Numbered from the stretch's first letter, positions 20,516 through 32,343 are shown. The stretch is 64,000 nt of DNA from Acidimicrobiales bacterium (GCA_016794585.1 JAEUJM010000026.1:200153-264152), one strand, 5' to 3'. Numbers and translations: made by a program. The notes: a model not told the origin generated them from the sequence alone.

Positions 20516-22702
20516 ATGTCGATCGACGTGCAGGGCTACGACGAGATCACCGAGGTGGCCCGGGGCGGTTTCGGCATCGTCTACAAGGCGCGCCATGTGC
20601 AGTTCGACCGCGTCGTGGCCCTGAAGGTGCTTTCCCAGCTCCAGGGCGACGAGGGCGCCACGCGGCGCTGGGAGCGGGAGTGCCGGGCGATGGGCGCGCT
20701 CTCGTGGCACCCGAACATCGTCGTGGTCTACGACCTCGGGACCACCGGCCAAGGCGACCCGTTCCTCGCCATGGAGTACCTGGACCGCGGCTCGCTGGCC
20801 GACCGCCTCGTGCACCTCGGGCCGCTGCCGTGGGAGGAGGCGGTCAACATGGTCATCCAGGTGGCGGGCGCGCTCCAGGCCGCCCACGACGCCGGCGTGT
20901 TGCACCGCGACCTCAAGCCGGAGAACGTGCTCATCGGGCTCTACGGCGAGGCCAAGCTGTCCGACTTCGGTCTCGCCACCGGCGAGAACACGGTGGCCAC
21001 CGCCGCGGGCATGGCGTCGTTCACCCTCGCCCACGCCTCCCCCGAGGCGCTCCGGGGCGAGCGGGTGGGCGCGGCGGGGGACGTGTACTCGCTGGGCTCC
21101 ACCTTGTTCCACCTGCTCGCCGGCCATCCGCCGTTCCTGCGGGCATCCGACGAGAACGTGCTCGCCGCCGTCACCCGCGTGGTCAACGACCCGGTGCCCG
21201 ACCTGCGAGGTCTGGGCGTGCCCGGCGAGGTGGCGGCGGTGGTGGAGGCGGCAACGGCCAAGGATCCCGCCGATCGGCCCGCGAGCCCCGCCGAGCTCGG
21301 TCGCGCCCTCCAGGAGGCGCAGCGCGCCCTCGGGGTGCCCGTCACCGAGATGCGCCTCGACCCTCGCGGCGAGGTATCCGGCCCGACCGTGACGGGCGCC
21401 GTCCTTCCGCATGTGCCTGCCGCCGGCGAAGACTCGGGCACCACCGTGCAGGTGGCCACCGACGCCGGCGAGCCGGCGGCGGGAGCCCCTCCGGCGCCAC
21501 CGGCTTCCCCTGCTCCGGCCTCCGCGCCGCCGCCACCTCCGGCGGCGGCCGCCACGGAACCGTCCGCACCCGCGCCGCCTGCGCCCGCTGCCGCGCCGCC
21601 GCCTGCCACACCGCCGGCTGCTTCGTCGCCGGCCCCATCCGTGGCCGACCAGTCCGCGCCGCCGCCGGTCCCACCCGCCGATCCCCCGGCCCGCCGCTCG
21701 AAGCTGCCCTTGGTCCTGGGCGCGGTGGTCGTGGTCGCTCTGCTCGTCGTCGGCGCCGTAGTGCTGCTCGGCGGCGGTGGTGGCGACGACGGGGGCGAGG
21801 ATGCCGGCGGCGGCGGAGGCGACGACGTCGCGGAGAGCGCCGACGTGCCCAGTGGCACCGGCGGCGAGGTGGTGGCCACCGTCCCGGTGGGCGCCACCCC
21901 GCGCGGTGTGGCCGTCGACGACGGTGCCGCCTGGGTGGCCAACCGCGACGACGCCACGGTCACGCGTGTCGATGCCGGCGACGACAAGGTCACCGCCACC
22001 GTCGACGTGGGGGAGGGGCCCCGCGACGTGGCCGTGGGGCTCGGGTCGGTCTGGGTCGCGTCGCTCGAGGCCCAGGAGGTGGCGCGCCTCGATCCGGCGG
22101 ACGGCACCGTGCGCGAGACCATCGCCTTCGAGGGCGGGCCGCAATCGGTCACGACCGCGGGTGGACTGGTGTGGGTGACCGACCGGGCCGACGCCTCGGT
22201 CGAGGCCATCGACCCCGACACACTCGAGACCGTGGCCGAGATCGCGGTGGGGGCCGACCCGGTCGCCATCGTGGCGGACGGCGACGAGGCGGTCTGGGTC
22301 ACCAACCGCGAGGACGGCACCCTCACCAAGATCGATGTCGCCGAGCGCTCCGTGGTGGGCACGTTCGACGTGGGCGCACAGCCCGCCGAGGCGGCGGTGG
22401 ACGACGAGTTCGTGTGGCTGGCCAGCGAGGGCTCCTCAGCGGTGCTGCGCATCGACAAGGAGAGCGGCGAGGTGCTCGACACCATCGACATCGGCCAACG
22501 CGTTGGCGGGGTGGCCATCGACGACGGCGGCCGCCCGTGGGTGGACGGCCTCAGCGGCCTGCTCCAGATCGATCCCGAGTCCCTCGAGGTGGTCGGCGAG
22601 GTGAACGTCGGCGGCGAGCTGCGCGAGGTGGCCGCGGGCGAGGGCTCGCTCTGGACCGTGCCCCACGACGGCAGCGTCCTCACCCGCGTCGACCCCAACT
22701 GA
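20516..22702 (+). CDS. Transmembrane Ser/Thr protein kinase with an extracellular YVTN-type beta-propeller
   Basis: Hanks kinase motifs ([21 protein letters not shown]). Ala/Pro-rich linker, one TM helix ([20 protein letters not shown]). Repeated V..G..P.GVAVD....WV.N units. Confidence 0.9.
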   Translation: MSIDVQGYDEITEVARGGFGIVYKARHVQFDRVVALKVLSQLQGDEGATRRWERECRAMGALSWHPNIVVVYDLGTTGQGDPFLAMEYLDRGSLADRLVHLGPLPWEEAVNMVIQVAGALQAAHDAGVLHRDLKPENVLIGLYGEAKLSDFGLATGENTVATAAGMASFTLAHASPEALRGERVGAAGDVYSLGSTLFHLLAGHPPFLRASDENVLAAVTRVVNDPVPDLRGLGVPGEVAAVVEAATAKDPADRPASPAELGRALQEAQRALGVPVTEMRLDPRGEVSGPTVTGAVLPHVPAAGEDSGTTVQVATDAGEPAAGAPPAPPASPAPASAPPPPPAAAATEPSAPAPPAPAAAPPPATPPAASSPAPSVADQSAPPPVPPADPPARRSKLPLVLGAVVVVALLVVGAVVLLGGGGGDDGGEDAGGGGGDDVAESADVPSGTGGEVVATVPVGATPRGVAVDDGAAWVANRDDATVTRVDAGDDKVTATVDVGEGPRDVAVGLGSVWVASLEAQEVARLDPADGTVRETIAFEGGPQSVTTAGGLVWVTDRADASVEAIDPDTLETVAEIAVGADPVAIVADGDEAVWVTNREDGTLTKIDVAERSVVGTFDVGAQPAEAAVDDEFVWLASEGSSAVLRIDKESGEVLDTIDIGQRVGGVAIDDGGRPWVDGLSGLLQIDPESLEVVGEVNVGGELREVAAGEGSLWTVPHDGSVLTRVDPN

Positions 22703-22755
22703 GCGGCGCCGGCGCCGGATTCCGTCGCAGCGGCGGGACGCCGTAGCGTGGCGAC

Positions 22756-24402
<1,647 letters not shown>

Positions 24403-24405
24403 GGG

Positions 24406-25167
24406 TCACTCACGGGGCGAGAGCACGCAGACCTCGTTGCCCTCGGGGTCGGCGAGCACGACCCACGTGACGTCGGGGCCCTGGCCGACGTCGACGCGGC
24501 GGGCGCCCAGGGCGACGAGCCGGTCCACGGCAGCGGTCTGGTCCTCGTCCTGCCGGGGTGAGAAGTCCAGGTGGATGCGGTTCTTGCGGTCATCGGCGGG
24601 ATCGAGGCCCTCTCGGGTGATCAGCTCCAGGAACGGGCCGGTGCCCCGAGGGTCGCGGAACGCCACGTAGCCGGGCTCGTCGCGCACGAGGTCCCAGCCG
24701 GTGGCGGCCGCGTAGAAGTCCCGCAGTGCGTTGGCGTCCTCGGCGGCCACGACGACGGCGGCGAGGCTGCCGGTGCCGGTGTACTCCTCCCGGGGATCGA
24801 GCACGCAGAAGGCGTTGCCCTCCGGGTCGGCCAGCACGATGAAGGGGGCGTCGGCGGGCTGGCCGACGTCGGCGGGCGTGGCGCCGAGCGCGATCAGTCG
24901 CTCGACCGTGGCCCGTTGCTCCTCGACCGAGGCGCTCGCCAGGTCGAGGTGGACCCGTTGGCGGTGGGCGTCGGGGTCGTCGACCGGCTCGAAGGCGATG
25001 TCCGGGAACGGCCACGTCGCCGCGTCGTTCGGATCGCCGCCGCCCGGGTTGATGCAGATCTCCTCACCGTCGTCGAAGGTGACCACCCAGCCGACGGCCT
25101 GTCGCCAGAAATCGGCGGCGGCCCGGATGTCCCGGGCGTCGACGATGATGTTCTCGAAGCGCAGCAT
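24406..25167 (-). CDS. Two-domain VOC/glyoxalase-family protein
   Basis: Two tandem ~120-aa modules, each ending in the pattern HLD...VLADPEGN.FCVL. Confidence 0.75.
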   Translation of the reverse strand: MLRFENIIVDARDIRAAADFWRQAVGWVVTFDDGEEICINPGGGDPNDAATWPFPDIAFEPVDDPDAHRQRVHLDLASASVEEQRATVERLIALGATPADVGQPADAPFIVLADPEGNAFCVLDPREEYTGTGSLAAVVVAAEDANALRDFYAAATGWDLVRDEPGYVAFRDPRGTGPFLELITREGLDPADDRKNRIHLDFSPRQDEDQTAAVDRLVALGARRVDVGQGPDVTWVVLADPEGNEVCVLSPRE

Positions 25168-25215
25168 GGGACCTTCCTACCGCGGGCAGGCCGCCCGTGT
25201 GCCCGGGATCCGCGC

Positions 25216-25773
25216 TCAGGTGTCCGAGGCGGCGATCCAGCCGAGAACGACGGCGGCGGCCGCGGTGAGGAACGTCATCACCGCGGCCCGCTTGGGCAGC
25301 GTGCCCCGCACGCCGGCGGCCACCGAGGCGGCCGCGTCGGCGGTGTCGACGGCCATGCCGACGTGCAGGGAGCGGCGCTGCACGTCCACGTCCTCGACGA
25401 GCAGCGGGGCGACGAGCGCGAGCTCGCGGGCCGCGAACAGACGGCCGAGGTACGGAGCCGACGGGTTGCGGGCCGGGTCGATGCCGAAGAGCCAGGCGCT
25501 GAAGTTGGGCGCCAGCCAGCCCAACACCCCGATGAGCGAGCGAAGGGACATGAGGGTGACCTTGGCCTGGAACGGCGTGATCGGCACCCAGGGGGGCACG
25601 GGCGGGAGCACCGGCAGCGAGGACCGGGACGGGAGCGCCGGGAGGTTGGCCTGGAGCTCGGCGAGTGCCGAGAGGTTGGCCTGGATCTCCGACAGCGCGG
25701 GCAGGGCGTCGAGGGAGGACTGGAGCGACGCGAGCGACGGCACCGGGAGGTGGTCGAGGTCGGGACGGTGCAC
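25216..25773 (-). CDS. Hypothetical small membrane protein
   Basis: Real-looking C-terminal part of the 25216..26553 ORF. GTG at 25773 is preceded by GGAGA. Leu/Ala-rich N-terminal segment, then hydrophobic helices. It fits exactly between the flanking genes. Confidence 0.5.
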   Translation of the reverse strand: MHRPDLDHLPVPSLASLQSSLDALPALSEIQANLSALAELQANLPALPSRSSLPVLPPVPPWVPITPFQAKVTLMSLRSLIGVLGWLAPNFSAWLFGIDPARNPSAPYLGRLFAARELALVAPLLVEDVDVQRRSLHVGMAVDTADAAASVAAGVRGTLPKRAAVMTFLTAAAAVVLGWIAASDT

Positions 25774-25790
25774 GGGGGTCTCCTGGCAGG

Positions 25791-27065
25791 TCAGGTGGGG
25801 GACGGGGGGAGTGGCGGGAGCGGGTCGGGCGGCAGCGGCCAGCGGAACAAGGAAGCGGCGTTGGCGTAGGTGATGGCGGCCACGTCGGCGTCGGGGAGGC
25901 CCGAGAGCCGATCGTGCAGGAACGACTGCGTGTCGGGCCACGTCGAGTCGGCGTGCGGGTAGTCGACCTCGACCATGAGCCGCTCGGTGCCGACCGCCTG
26001 CTGCGCGGCGGCCAGCGAGGTGGGGTCGTCGATGGTGCAGAACCAGAAGTTGCGGCGCAGCACGTCGCTGGGGGACAGGTCGGTGCCGAGCGCCCGCCAG
26101 GCCTTCCGGCCGTGGCCGGAGTGCCCGACGATGTAGTCGAGGCGGTCGACGAGCATGGGGATCCAGCCGATGCCGCCCTCGGACATGGCGATCTTGAGGT
26201 CGGGGAAGCGCACGGGCACCCCCGACCACAGCCAGTTGGCGCAGGCGTCGAGGGAGAGTGCGCCGAAGAGGGTGGCGCCGAGCTCGATCATGGGGGCGTC
26301 CAGGGGCATGGGCATCATCCCGGACGACCCCACGTGCAGGCAGACGACGGTGTCGGTCTCCTCGCAGGCGGCGAGGATCGGGTCCCACCAGCCGGAGTGG
26401 ACCGACGGCAGGTCGAGCTTGTGGGGGTTCTCGGGCAGGGTGACGGCCCGGAAGCCCCGCTCGGCGTTGCGGCGCACCTCCTCGGCGCCGAGCTCGGCGT
26501 CGGCCAGCCAGGTGATCCCGAGGGGGATGGTGCGCTCGGGGTGGGGCTGCCACCAGGCGTCGTGGACCCAGTCGTTCCAGGCTCGGGTGACGGCGAGGCC
26601 CAGCTCGGGGTCCTCGGCCTTGGCGTAGACGGTGCCGCAGAAGCCGGTGATCTGCGACGGGAAGTTCAGCGACGCCCAGATGCCGGCGAGGTCCTGGTCA
26701 CGCACCCGGTCGTCGATGCGGAAGCAGCCCGGCCGCATGTGCTCGAAGCGGCGGGGCTCGATGGCCGACTCGTTGCGGTCCCGCCCCACCACGGCGTTGA
26801 GGCCCAGCTGGGGGAAGACCTTGCCCTCGAACTCCCAGACCTGGTGCCCCTTGGAGGTGTCGCGGACGTGGGGCGCACGATCGGCGAAGCGGGCCGGGAG
26901 GCGACCGTCGAACAGGTCGGCGGGCTCGACGAGGTGGTCGTCCACCGAGATCACCGTGTAGTGGACCGGCCCCGGCTCGGGGTCGGGCAGCAGGCCCGTG
27001 ACGGGGTCGGGCGCACCCGTGGTGGCGGCCTGGCCCGGTGCGGCGGAGTCCCCCATGGCCGCCAA
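25791..27065 (-). CDS. Amidohydrolase-2 (ACMSD-like) family metal-dependent hydrolase
   Basis: VISVDDHLVEP...RAPHV, then TIM-barrel hydrolase-like His/Asp positions (VCLHVGSS, MVEVDYPHADSTWP). Confidence 0.75.
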   Translation of the reverse strand: MAAMGDSAAPGQAATTGAPDPVTGLLPDPEPGPVHYTVISVDDHLVEPADLFDGRLPARFADRAPHVRDTSKGHQVWEFEGKVFPQLGLNAVVGRDRNESAIEPRRFEHMRPGCFRIDDRVRDQDLAGIWASLNFPSQITGFCGTVYAKAEDPELGLAVTRAWNDWVHDAWWQPHPERTIPLGITWLADAELGAEEVRRNAERGFRAVTLPENPHKLDLPSVHSGWWDPILAACEETDTVVCLHVGSSGMMPMPLDAPMIELGATLFGALSLDACANWLWSGVPVRFPDLKIAMSEGGIGWIPMLVDRLDYIVGHSGHGRKAWRALGTDLSPSDVLRRNFWFCTIDDPTSLAAAQQAVGTERLMVEVDYPHADSTWPDTQSFLHDRLSGLPDADVAAITYANAASLFRWPLPPDPLPPLPPSPT

Positions 27066-27228
27066 CGGTAACGGTCAGCCCGAGGGGTGTGGGCCGTTGC
27101 CGCCCTGAGCGCCGACCGATGGCCGTGCCGGCGTGGACTCGCGGTGCGACGGAGACCCCTACCGCCGCCGACGGTAACGTCGGCAGGGGTCCGTGGCCCC
27201 GAACCGCCACCGACACAGGGGGATCGAC

Positions 27229-29028
27229 ATGTTCGACGTGGTCATCCGAGGGGGCGTGCTGGTGGACGGGACGGGGGCCGAGCGTCGGCCCGCCGACGTC
27301 GCCATCGAGGGCGGGCGCATCGCCGCCGTCGTCGAGCCGGGCGGCCTCGACGATGCCGTGGCCGCCGGGGACGCCGCCCGGGTCATCGAGGCCGAGGGGC
27401 TGGTCGTGGCCCCGGGGTTCGTCGACCTGCACACGCACTACGACGCCCAGGCCTTCTGGGACCCGACCCTCAGCCCGTCGCCCCTCCACGGCGTCACCAC
27501 CGTGGTGGCCGGCAACTGCGGGTTCAGCATCGCCCCGTTGAGCGGCGACCCCGCCGACGGTGAGTACCTGATGCGGATGCTGGCCCGGGTGGAGGGCATG
27601 CCCCTCGAGTCGCTGGCCGAGGGCGTGCCGTGGGACTGGCGCAGCACCGCCGAGTACCTCGACCGCCTCGACGGCACCCTCGCGGTGAACGCGGGCTTCC
27701 TCGTGGGGCACTCGGCGCTTCGTCGTGCGGTCATGGGCCACGACGCAGTGGGGGAGGAGGCCACCGACGAGCAGGTCGACGCCATGGCGGCCCTGTTGGC
27801 CGAGGGCCTCGCCGCCGGCGGGCTCGGCTTCTCGTCGTCCTGGGCCACCACCCACAGCGACGGCGAGGGCGACCCGGTGCCCTCCCGCCACGCCACCCAC
27901 GACGAACTCGTGCGCCTCTGCTCGGTGCTGCGCGACCACCCGGGCACGGCGCTCGAGTTCATCCCCACGGTGGGCCCGTTCGCCGACGAGCACATGGACC
28001 TGATGGCGGACATGTCCCTCGCCGCCGACCGGCCCCTCAACTGGAACGTCCTTGTGGCCGCCAACGCCCGCTCGGCCGACGACGTCGCCCAGCGCCTCTC
28101 CGCTTCGGACCGGGCCGCCGAGCGGGGTGCCCGCGTCCTGGCCCTGACCGTGCCTGACCTCATGCGCATCCGTCTGTGCTTCCTCACGGGCTTCCTGCTC
28201 GACACGTTCCCCGGCTGGGCGAAGGTGATGACCCTCCCGGCGGACGAGAAGCTCGCCGCCCTCGCCGACCCGGAGGTGCGCCGGCGTCTGCTCGACGGGG
28301 TGAACAGCCCCGAGGCCGGCCCCTTCGCCCGCATCGCCCAGTGGCACCGCATGACCGTCGAGGAGGCCTTCACCGACGAGACCAAGCGCCACGAGGGGCG
28401 CCTCGTCGGCGACATCGCCGAGGAACAGGGCAAGGAGCCCTTCGACGCGCTGCTCGACATCGTGGTCGAGGACGGGCTGCGCACGGTGATCCTCCCGCCC
28501 CAGAGCGGCGACGACGAGGACAGCTGGGCGCTGCGGGCGCAGACGTGGCGCGACCCTCGGGTCATCCTCGGCGCCTCGGACGCCGGCGCCCACCTCGACT
28601 TCATCGCCACCTTCAACTACACGACGGCGTTCCTCGGCGACTCGGTGCGCGACCGGGGGCTCATGGGTCTCGAGGAGGCCGTGCACAAGCTGACCGACGT
28701 TCCCGCCCGCCTCTACGGGCTGACCGGGCGCGGGCGCCTCGCCGAGGGCTGGATCGCCGACGTCGTGGTCTTCGATCCCGACCGCATCGCCCCCGGCCCG
28801 GTCGGCATGCGCGCCGACCTCCCGGCCGGCGCCGCCCGCCTCTACTCCGAGCCCGAGGGCGTCGAGCACGTGCTCGTCAACGGCGTCGAGATCGTCGGCC
28901 CCGGCGCCACCTTCACCGACGCCCGCCCCGGCACCCTCCTGCGCTCCGGCCGCGACACCGAGACCGTCAGCCTTCACACTGGCTCCTCGTCCCTCGGAGC
29001 GCCTTCGGCATCCGGTTCGTCGTCGTAG
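27229..29028 (+). CDS. D-aminoacylase / N-acyl-D-amino-acid deacylase family amidohydrolase
   Basis: MFDVVIRGGVLVDGTG...APGFVDLHTHYD. ATG 27229 is preceded by AGGGGGA. The last ~18 codons lie inside repeat copy A1. Confidence 0.85.
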   Translation: MFDVVIRGGVLVDGTGAERRPADVAIEGGRIAAVVEPGGLDDAVAAGDAARVIEAEGLVVAPGFVDLHTHYDAQAFWDPTLSPSPLHGVTTVVAGNCGFSIAPLSGDPADGEYLMRMLARVEGMPLESLAEGVPWDWRSTAEYLDRLDGTLAVNAGFLVGHSALRRAVMGHDAVGEEATDEQVDAMAALLAEGLAAGGLGFSSSWATTHSDGEGDPVPSRHATHDELVRLCSVLRDHPGTALEFIPTVGPFADEHMDLMADMSLAADRPLNWNVLVAANARSADDVAQRLSASDRAAERGARVLALTVPDLMRIRLCFLTGFLLDTFPGWAKVMTLPADEKLAALADPEVRRRLLDGVNSPEAGPFARIAQWHRMTVEEAFTDETKRHEGRLVGDIAEEQGKEPFDALLDIVVEDGLRTVILPPQSGDDEDSWALRAQTWRDPRVILGASDAGAHLDFIATFNYTTAFLGDSVRDRGLMGLEEAVHKLTDVPARLYGLTGRGRLAEGWIADVVVFDPDRIAPGPVGMRADLPAGAARLYSEPEGVEHVLVNGVEIVGPGATFTDARPGTLLRSGRDTETVSLHTGSSSLGAPSASGSSS

Positions 29029-29128
29029 CGGCTCCGCTCCGCTCCGCCACGTACCCCGGTCCCACACTGGCTCCTCGTCCCTCGGGGCGCCTTCGGCATC
29101 CGGTTCGTCGTCGTAGCGCCTCCGCGCC
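28974..29128 (-). repeat. Two copies (28974..29048, 29061..29128) of the ~75-nt GGAGC/GAA-hairpin repeat family, inverted relative to the other two loci
   Basis: The reverse complement reads GGCGGAGCGGAGCGGAGCCGCTACGACGACGAACCGGATGCCGAAGGCGCTCCGAGGGACGAGGAGCCAGTGTGA. It aligns to 50841..50991 and 58804..58957. Confidence 0.85.
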
Positions 29129-29147
29129 ACGGGCTAGAACGGGTCCC

Positions 29148-29789
29148 ATGCGCGAGCTCGCCGACGAGGTCCGGAGCATCATCGGGGAGCTGGCGGCCAA
29201 CACCGTGCCGGCGGGCAAGGAGGAGCACGCCCTCGCCCTGGCCCGGGAACTGCGGGCGCTGCTCGACGGTCCCCGCCGGGAGCGCTGGTACGACGGGCTG
29301 ATGGACGGCACCGGCATCCAGACCGCCATCGACGACCCGGTGAGCCCCTTCCTCGCCCACGGCGCCTTCCGGGGAACCGAGAACCCGGTGGCGCCGCCGC
29401 TGGTCCTCACCGATGAGGTGCGCTCGGACGGCTCCCGGGTGAAGGTGGGCCACGTCACCTTGAACCTGGCCTACGAGGGCCCGCCCCACGGCGTGCACGG
29501 AGGTTTCGTGGCCGGCCTCTTCGACGACATCCTCGGCGCCGCCCAGGGCTACGTGCGCGATCCCGGCGTCACCGGCCGCCTCACCGTGCGGTACCGCCAC
29601 ATCACCCCGGTCGAGGAGGAGCTGCGCTTCGCGGCCTGGATCGAGTCCGACGACGGGAAGCGCATCGTGGCCAAGGCCACGTGCCACGCCGGCGGAGGCG
29701 ACCTCCTCACCGCCGAGGCCGAGGCGCTGTTCATCCGGGTCGACTTCGAGGAGATCCAGGCCCGCATGGCCGCCCGCCGCGACGCCTGA
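29148..29789 (+). CDS. PaaI-family hotdog-fold thioesterase
   Basis: 213 aa. GPPHGVHGGFVAGLFDDILG, typical of PaaI/4HBT thioesterases. Confidence 0.7.
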   Translation: MRELADEVRSIIGELAANTVPAGKEEHALALARELRALLDGPRRERWYDGLMDGTGIQTAIDDPVSPFLAHGAFRGTENPVAPPLVLTDEVRSDGSRVKVGHVTLNLAYEGPPHGVHGGFVAGLFDDILGAAQGYVRDPGVTGRLTVRYRHITPVEEELRFAAWIESDDGKRIVAKATCHAGGGDLLTAEAEALFIRVDFEEIQARMAARRDA

Positions 29790-29830
29790 GGCGCCGCTCA
29801 CTCACACGGATCCCTCGGCCCTCGCTCCCT

Positions 29831-29881
29831 CGAACCCGACGCAATAGCTGTCGGAATCCGACAGGCATTGCGTCGAGTTCG
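29831..29881. terminator. 51-nt compound hairpin between convergent genes (bidirectional terminator candidate)
   Basis: CGAAC-c-CGACGCAAT-ag-CTGTCGG-aat-CCGACAG-gc-ATTGCGTCG-a-GTTCG (21 paired positions). Confidence 0.55.
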
Positions 29882-29906
29882 GCGGAACGTGGGGCGAGGG
29901 GGAGGG

Positions 29907-30713
29907 TCAGAGGTCGTCGATGAGCTTGAAGGTCTCGGCGCGCTCGACTCCGTGGGCGGCGCCGGCTTCGGCCAGCTCGCGCTGGATGCGGTCGTGGAAG
30001 GCGGCCCGCTCGGCGGAGGCGGCCTCGCTGTCGAGGTCGATGCGCATGGTGGTCTCGAACTGGCTCTCGTGGGCGAGCAGGGCGTTCACCTTGGCCACCG
30101 CGTGCTCGACCGCCACGGTCTCGGCGTGGTCGGGCTCGTCGGCCTCGAACAGCAAGAGCGCCGTCGGCCGGTGGTGGGGGATGGCCTGCTCGGGGAAGAA
30201 GTGCGGGTCCCGGGCGGCGACCACGCCGTCGCACGCCAGCAGTCCGGCGGCGCGGTGGTCGGGGTGCAGCCGGTAGCGCTTCCACGGGTCGTGGCCGAGG
30301 ACGACGTCGGGCTGGAGGCGCCGGATCCAGTAGGCGATCTCCCAGCGCTGGCGCAGACCGGGCTCGAGCTCACCGTCGGGCCACCCCAGGAAGACCACTT
30401 CGCCGGTGGCGCCGAGGGCCGCCGCGGCGGCGCGCTGCTCGGCCTGGCGGGTGACCACCAGAGCGGCCAGATCGGCGTCGACGTCCCACGTGCCCTTCGA
30501 GCCGTCGGTGCAGATGAGGTGGTGGACCACGCAGCCCGCCGCCGCCCACTTGGCCAGGGTGGCGCCGCACTGGAACTCGACGTCGTCGGGGTGGGCGGCG
30601 ATGGCGAGGGCCCGGGCCGGCGTGGACAGGTCTCGGCTGGCGCTCACCGTCGCTTCCGGCCGGCTGCCCGGAGGGTCTGCAGCGGCCGTGTCCTCGCCGT
30701 CCCAGAGGGTCAC
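29907..30713 (-). CDS. PIG-L/LmbE-family N-acetylglucosaminyl deacetylase
   Basis: AIAAHPDDVEFQCGATLAK, HPDHRAAG. The 4-nt overlap with the upstream fbiD-like gene suggests co-translation. Confidence 0.8.
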   Translation of the reverse strand: MTLWDGEDTAAADPPGSRPEATVSASRDLSTPARALAIAAHPDDVEFQCGATLAKWAAAGCVVHHLICTDGSKGTWDVDADLAALVVTRQAEQRAAAAALGATGEVVFLGWPDGELEPGLRQRWEIAYWIRRLQPDVVLGHDPWKRYRLHPDHRAAGLLACDGVVAARDPHFFPEQAIPHHRPTALLLFEADEPDHAETVAVEHAVAKVNALLAHESQFETTMRIDLDSEAASAERAAFHDRIQRELAEAGAAHGVERAETFKLIDDL

Positions 30714-31267
30714 GGGGAGAGCACCGAGAGGTCGGCGGGGACGTCGACGTCCCAGCCGAGAGGCACGTCGCGCACGATGCGCAGGTCCAGCCCGAGGCGC
30801 TCGGCCTCAGCACAGTGGCGGGCGAACGAGCCGGCGCCGTAGGCCCACTCGAAACCGGCGCCGGCGGGCACGCAGGCCACGTTGGTGCCGTCCTCGTGGC
30901 GGTCAGGGACGAGGGTGACGCCGGCGGTGTCGGCCAGGAAGTCGAGGGTGGTGGCGAGGGGCAGGTCGGCGTGGGCCACGATCACCTGGTCGAAGCCGAG
31001 GCCGTCGAGGTGGGCGACCCCGTCGGCCACCGCGCCGTTGAGGCCACGGCCGGGGCACAGCAGCACGTCGGCGCCCTCGGCGCGGGCCCACGCGGCCACC
31101 TCCTCGTCGTCGCACACCACCCAGGCATCGAGCGGTGCGGCGGCGGCGAGCACCTTCGCCGCCATCGAGCGGGCCAGGGCGGCGCGGTCGGGCGCGGGGA
31201 GTGCCGGGGCGAGACGCAGCTTGGCCTCGTGGAACGACTTCACCGGGACCAGCACCACCGCGGCCAT
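30710..31267 (-). CDS. fbiD: 2-phospho-L-lactate / phosphoenolpyruvate guanylyltransferase (F420 biosynthesis)
   Basis: 185 aa. VLVPVKSFHEAKLRL...GLNGA, typical of CofC/FbiD. Sits next to gpsA, an arrangement I recall as common in actinobacteria (from memory, not searched). Confidence 0.75.
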   Translation of the reverse strand: MAAVVLVPVKSFHEAKLRLAPALPAPDRAALARSMAAKVLAAAAPLDAWVVCDDEEVAAWARAEGADVLLCPGRGLNGAVADGVAHLDGLGFDQVIVAHADLPLATTLDFLADTAGVTLVPDRHEDGTNVACVPAGAGFEWAYGAGSFARHCAEAERLGLDLRIVRDVPLGWDVDVPADLSVLSP

Positions 31268-31325
31268 GAGCGCGGCAGTCTACGGTTTGGCGCGTCCGGG
31301 GCCGCCCGGAGAGGGAGATCGCCGC

Positions 31326-32327
31326 ATGAACATCTGCGTCGCCGTCATCGGCGCCGGATCGTGGGGGACCACGGTCGCCCACCTGGCCGCGCACAACGTG
31401 CCCACCGTCGTGTGGGCGCGTGATCCTGCCGTGGCCGCCGAGATCAACGAGCAGCACCAGAACAGCCGCTACCTCGCGGGCTACGACCTGCACCCGGACC
31501 TCACCGCCACCGACGACTTGGCCGAAGCGGTCGCGTCGGCGGACGTGATCGTGATGGGGGTTCCCTCGCACGGGTTCCGCGCCACCCTCGAGGAGATCAT
31601 GCCCCACCTCCGGGCGTGGGTGCCGGTGGTGAGCCTGTCCAAGGGCCTCGAGCAGGGCTCGCGCCTGCGCATGACCCAGCTCATCGACGAGGTGCTGCCC
31701 GGCCACCCCTACGGCGTGCTCACCGGCCCCAACCTGGCCAAGGAGATCCTCGCCGGCTCGGCCGCCGCTGCGGTCATCGCCATGTCCGACCCCGGCATCG
31801 GCGAGGAGCTGCAACGGGTCTTCACCAGCAACCTCTTCCGGGTCTACCTCAACGACGACGTCGTGGGCTCCGAGCTGGCCGGGGCGCTGAAGAACGTCAT
31901 GGCCCTCGCCGCGGGCATGGCCGACGGGCTCGGCACCGGCGACAACACCCGGGCAGCGGTGATCACGCGGGGACTCGCCGAGCTCACCCGCCTCGGGGTG
32001 GCCATGGGCGGGCGGGCCGAGACCTTCGCCGGCCTCGCGGGGATGGGCGACCTCGTGGCCACGTGCATCAGCCCGCAGAGCCGCAACCGCCACGTCGGCG
32101 AGCAGCTCGGCAAGGGACGTTCCCTCGACGAGATCATCGAGGAGATGCACATGGTGGCCGAGGGCGTCAAGACCACCAAGGTGGTGATGGAGCTGGCACG
32201 CGACTACGACGTGTACATGCCGATCGCCGAGCAGATGGACCTCGTGTGCAATCAGGGCACCTCGCCGGAGGCCGCCTACCGGGGTCTCCTCAAGCACGAG
32301 GTCAAGCACGAGCTCCACCGCTCGTGA
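31326..32327 (+). CDS. gpsA: NAD(P)H-dependent glycerol-3-phosphate dehydrogenase
   Basis: VIGAGSWGTT Rossmann motif, GALKNVMALAAG, NTRAAVITRGLAE. Confidence 0.92.
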   Translation: MNICVAVIGAGSWGTTVAHLAAHNVPTVVWARDPAVAAEINEQHQNSRYLAGYDLHPDLTATDDLAEAVASADVIVMGVPSHGFRATLEEIMPHLRAWVPVVSLSKGLEQGSRLRMTQLIDEVLPGHPYGVLTGPNLAKEILAGSAAAAVIAMSDPGIGEELQRVFTSNLFRVYLNDDVVGSELAGALKNVMALAAGMADGLGTGDNTRAAVITRGLAELTRLGVAMGGRAETFAGLAGMGDLVATCISPQSRNRHVGEQLGKGRSLDEIIEEMHMVAEGVKTTKVVMELARDYDVYMPIAEQMDLVCNQGTSPEAAYRGLLKHEVKHELHRS

Positions 32328-32343
32328 CCGTCCCGATGCCCCG

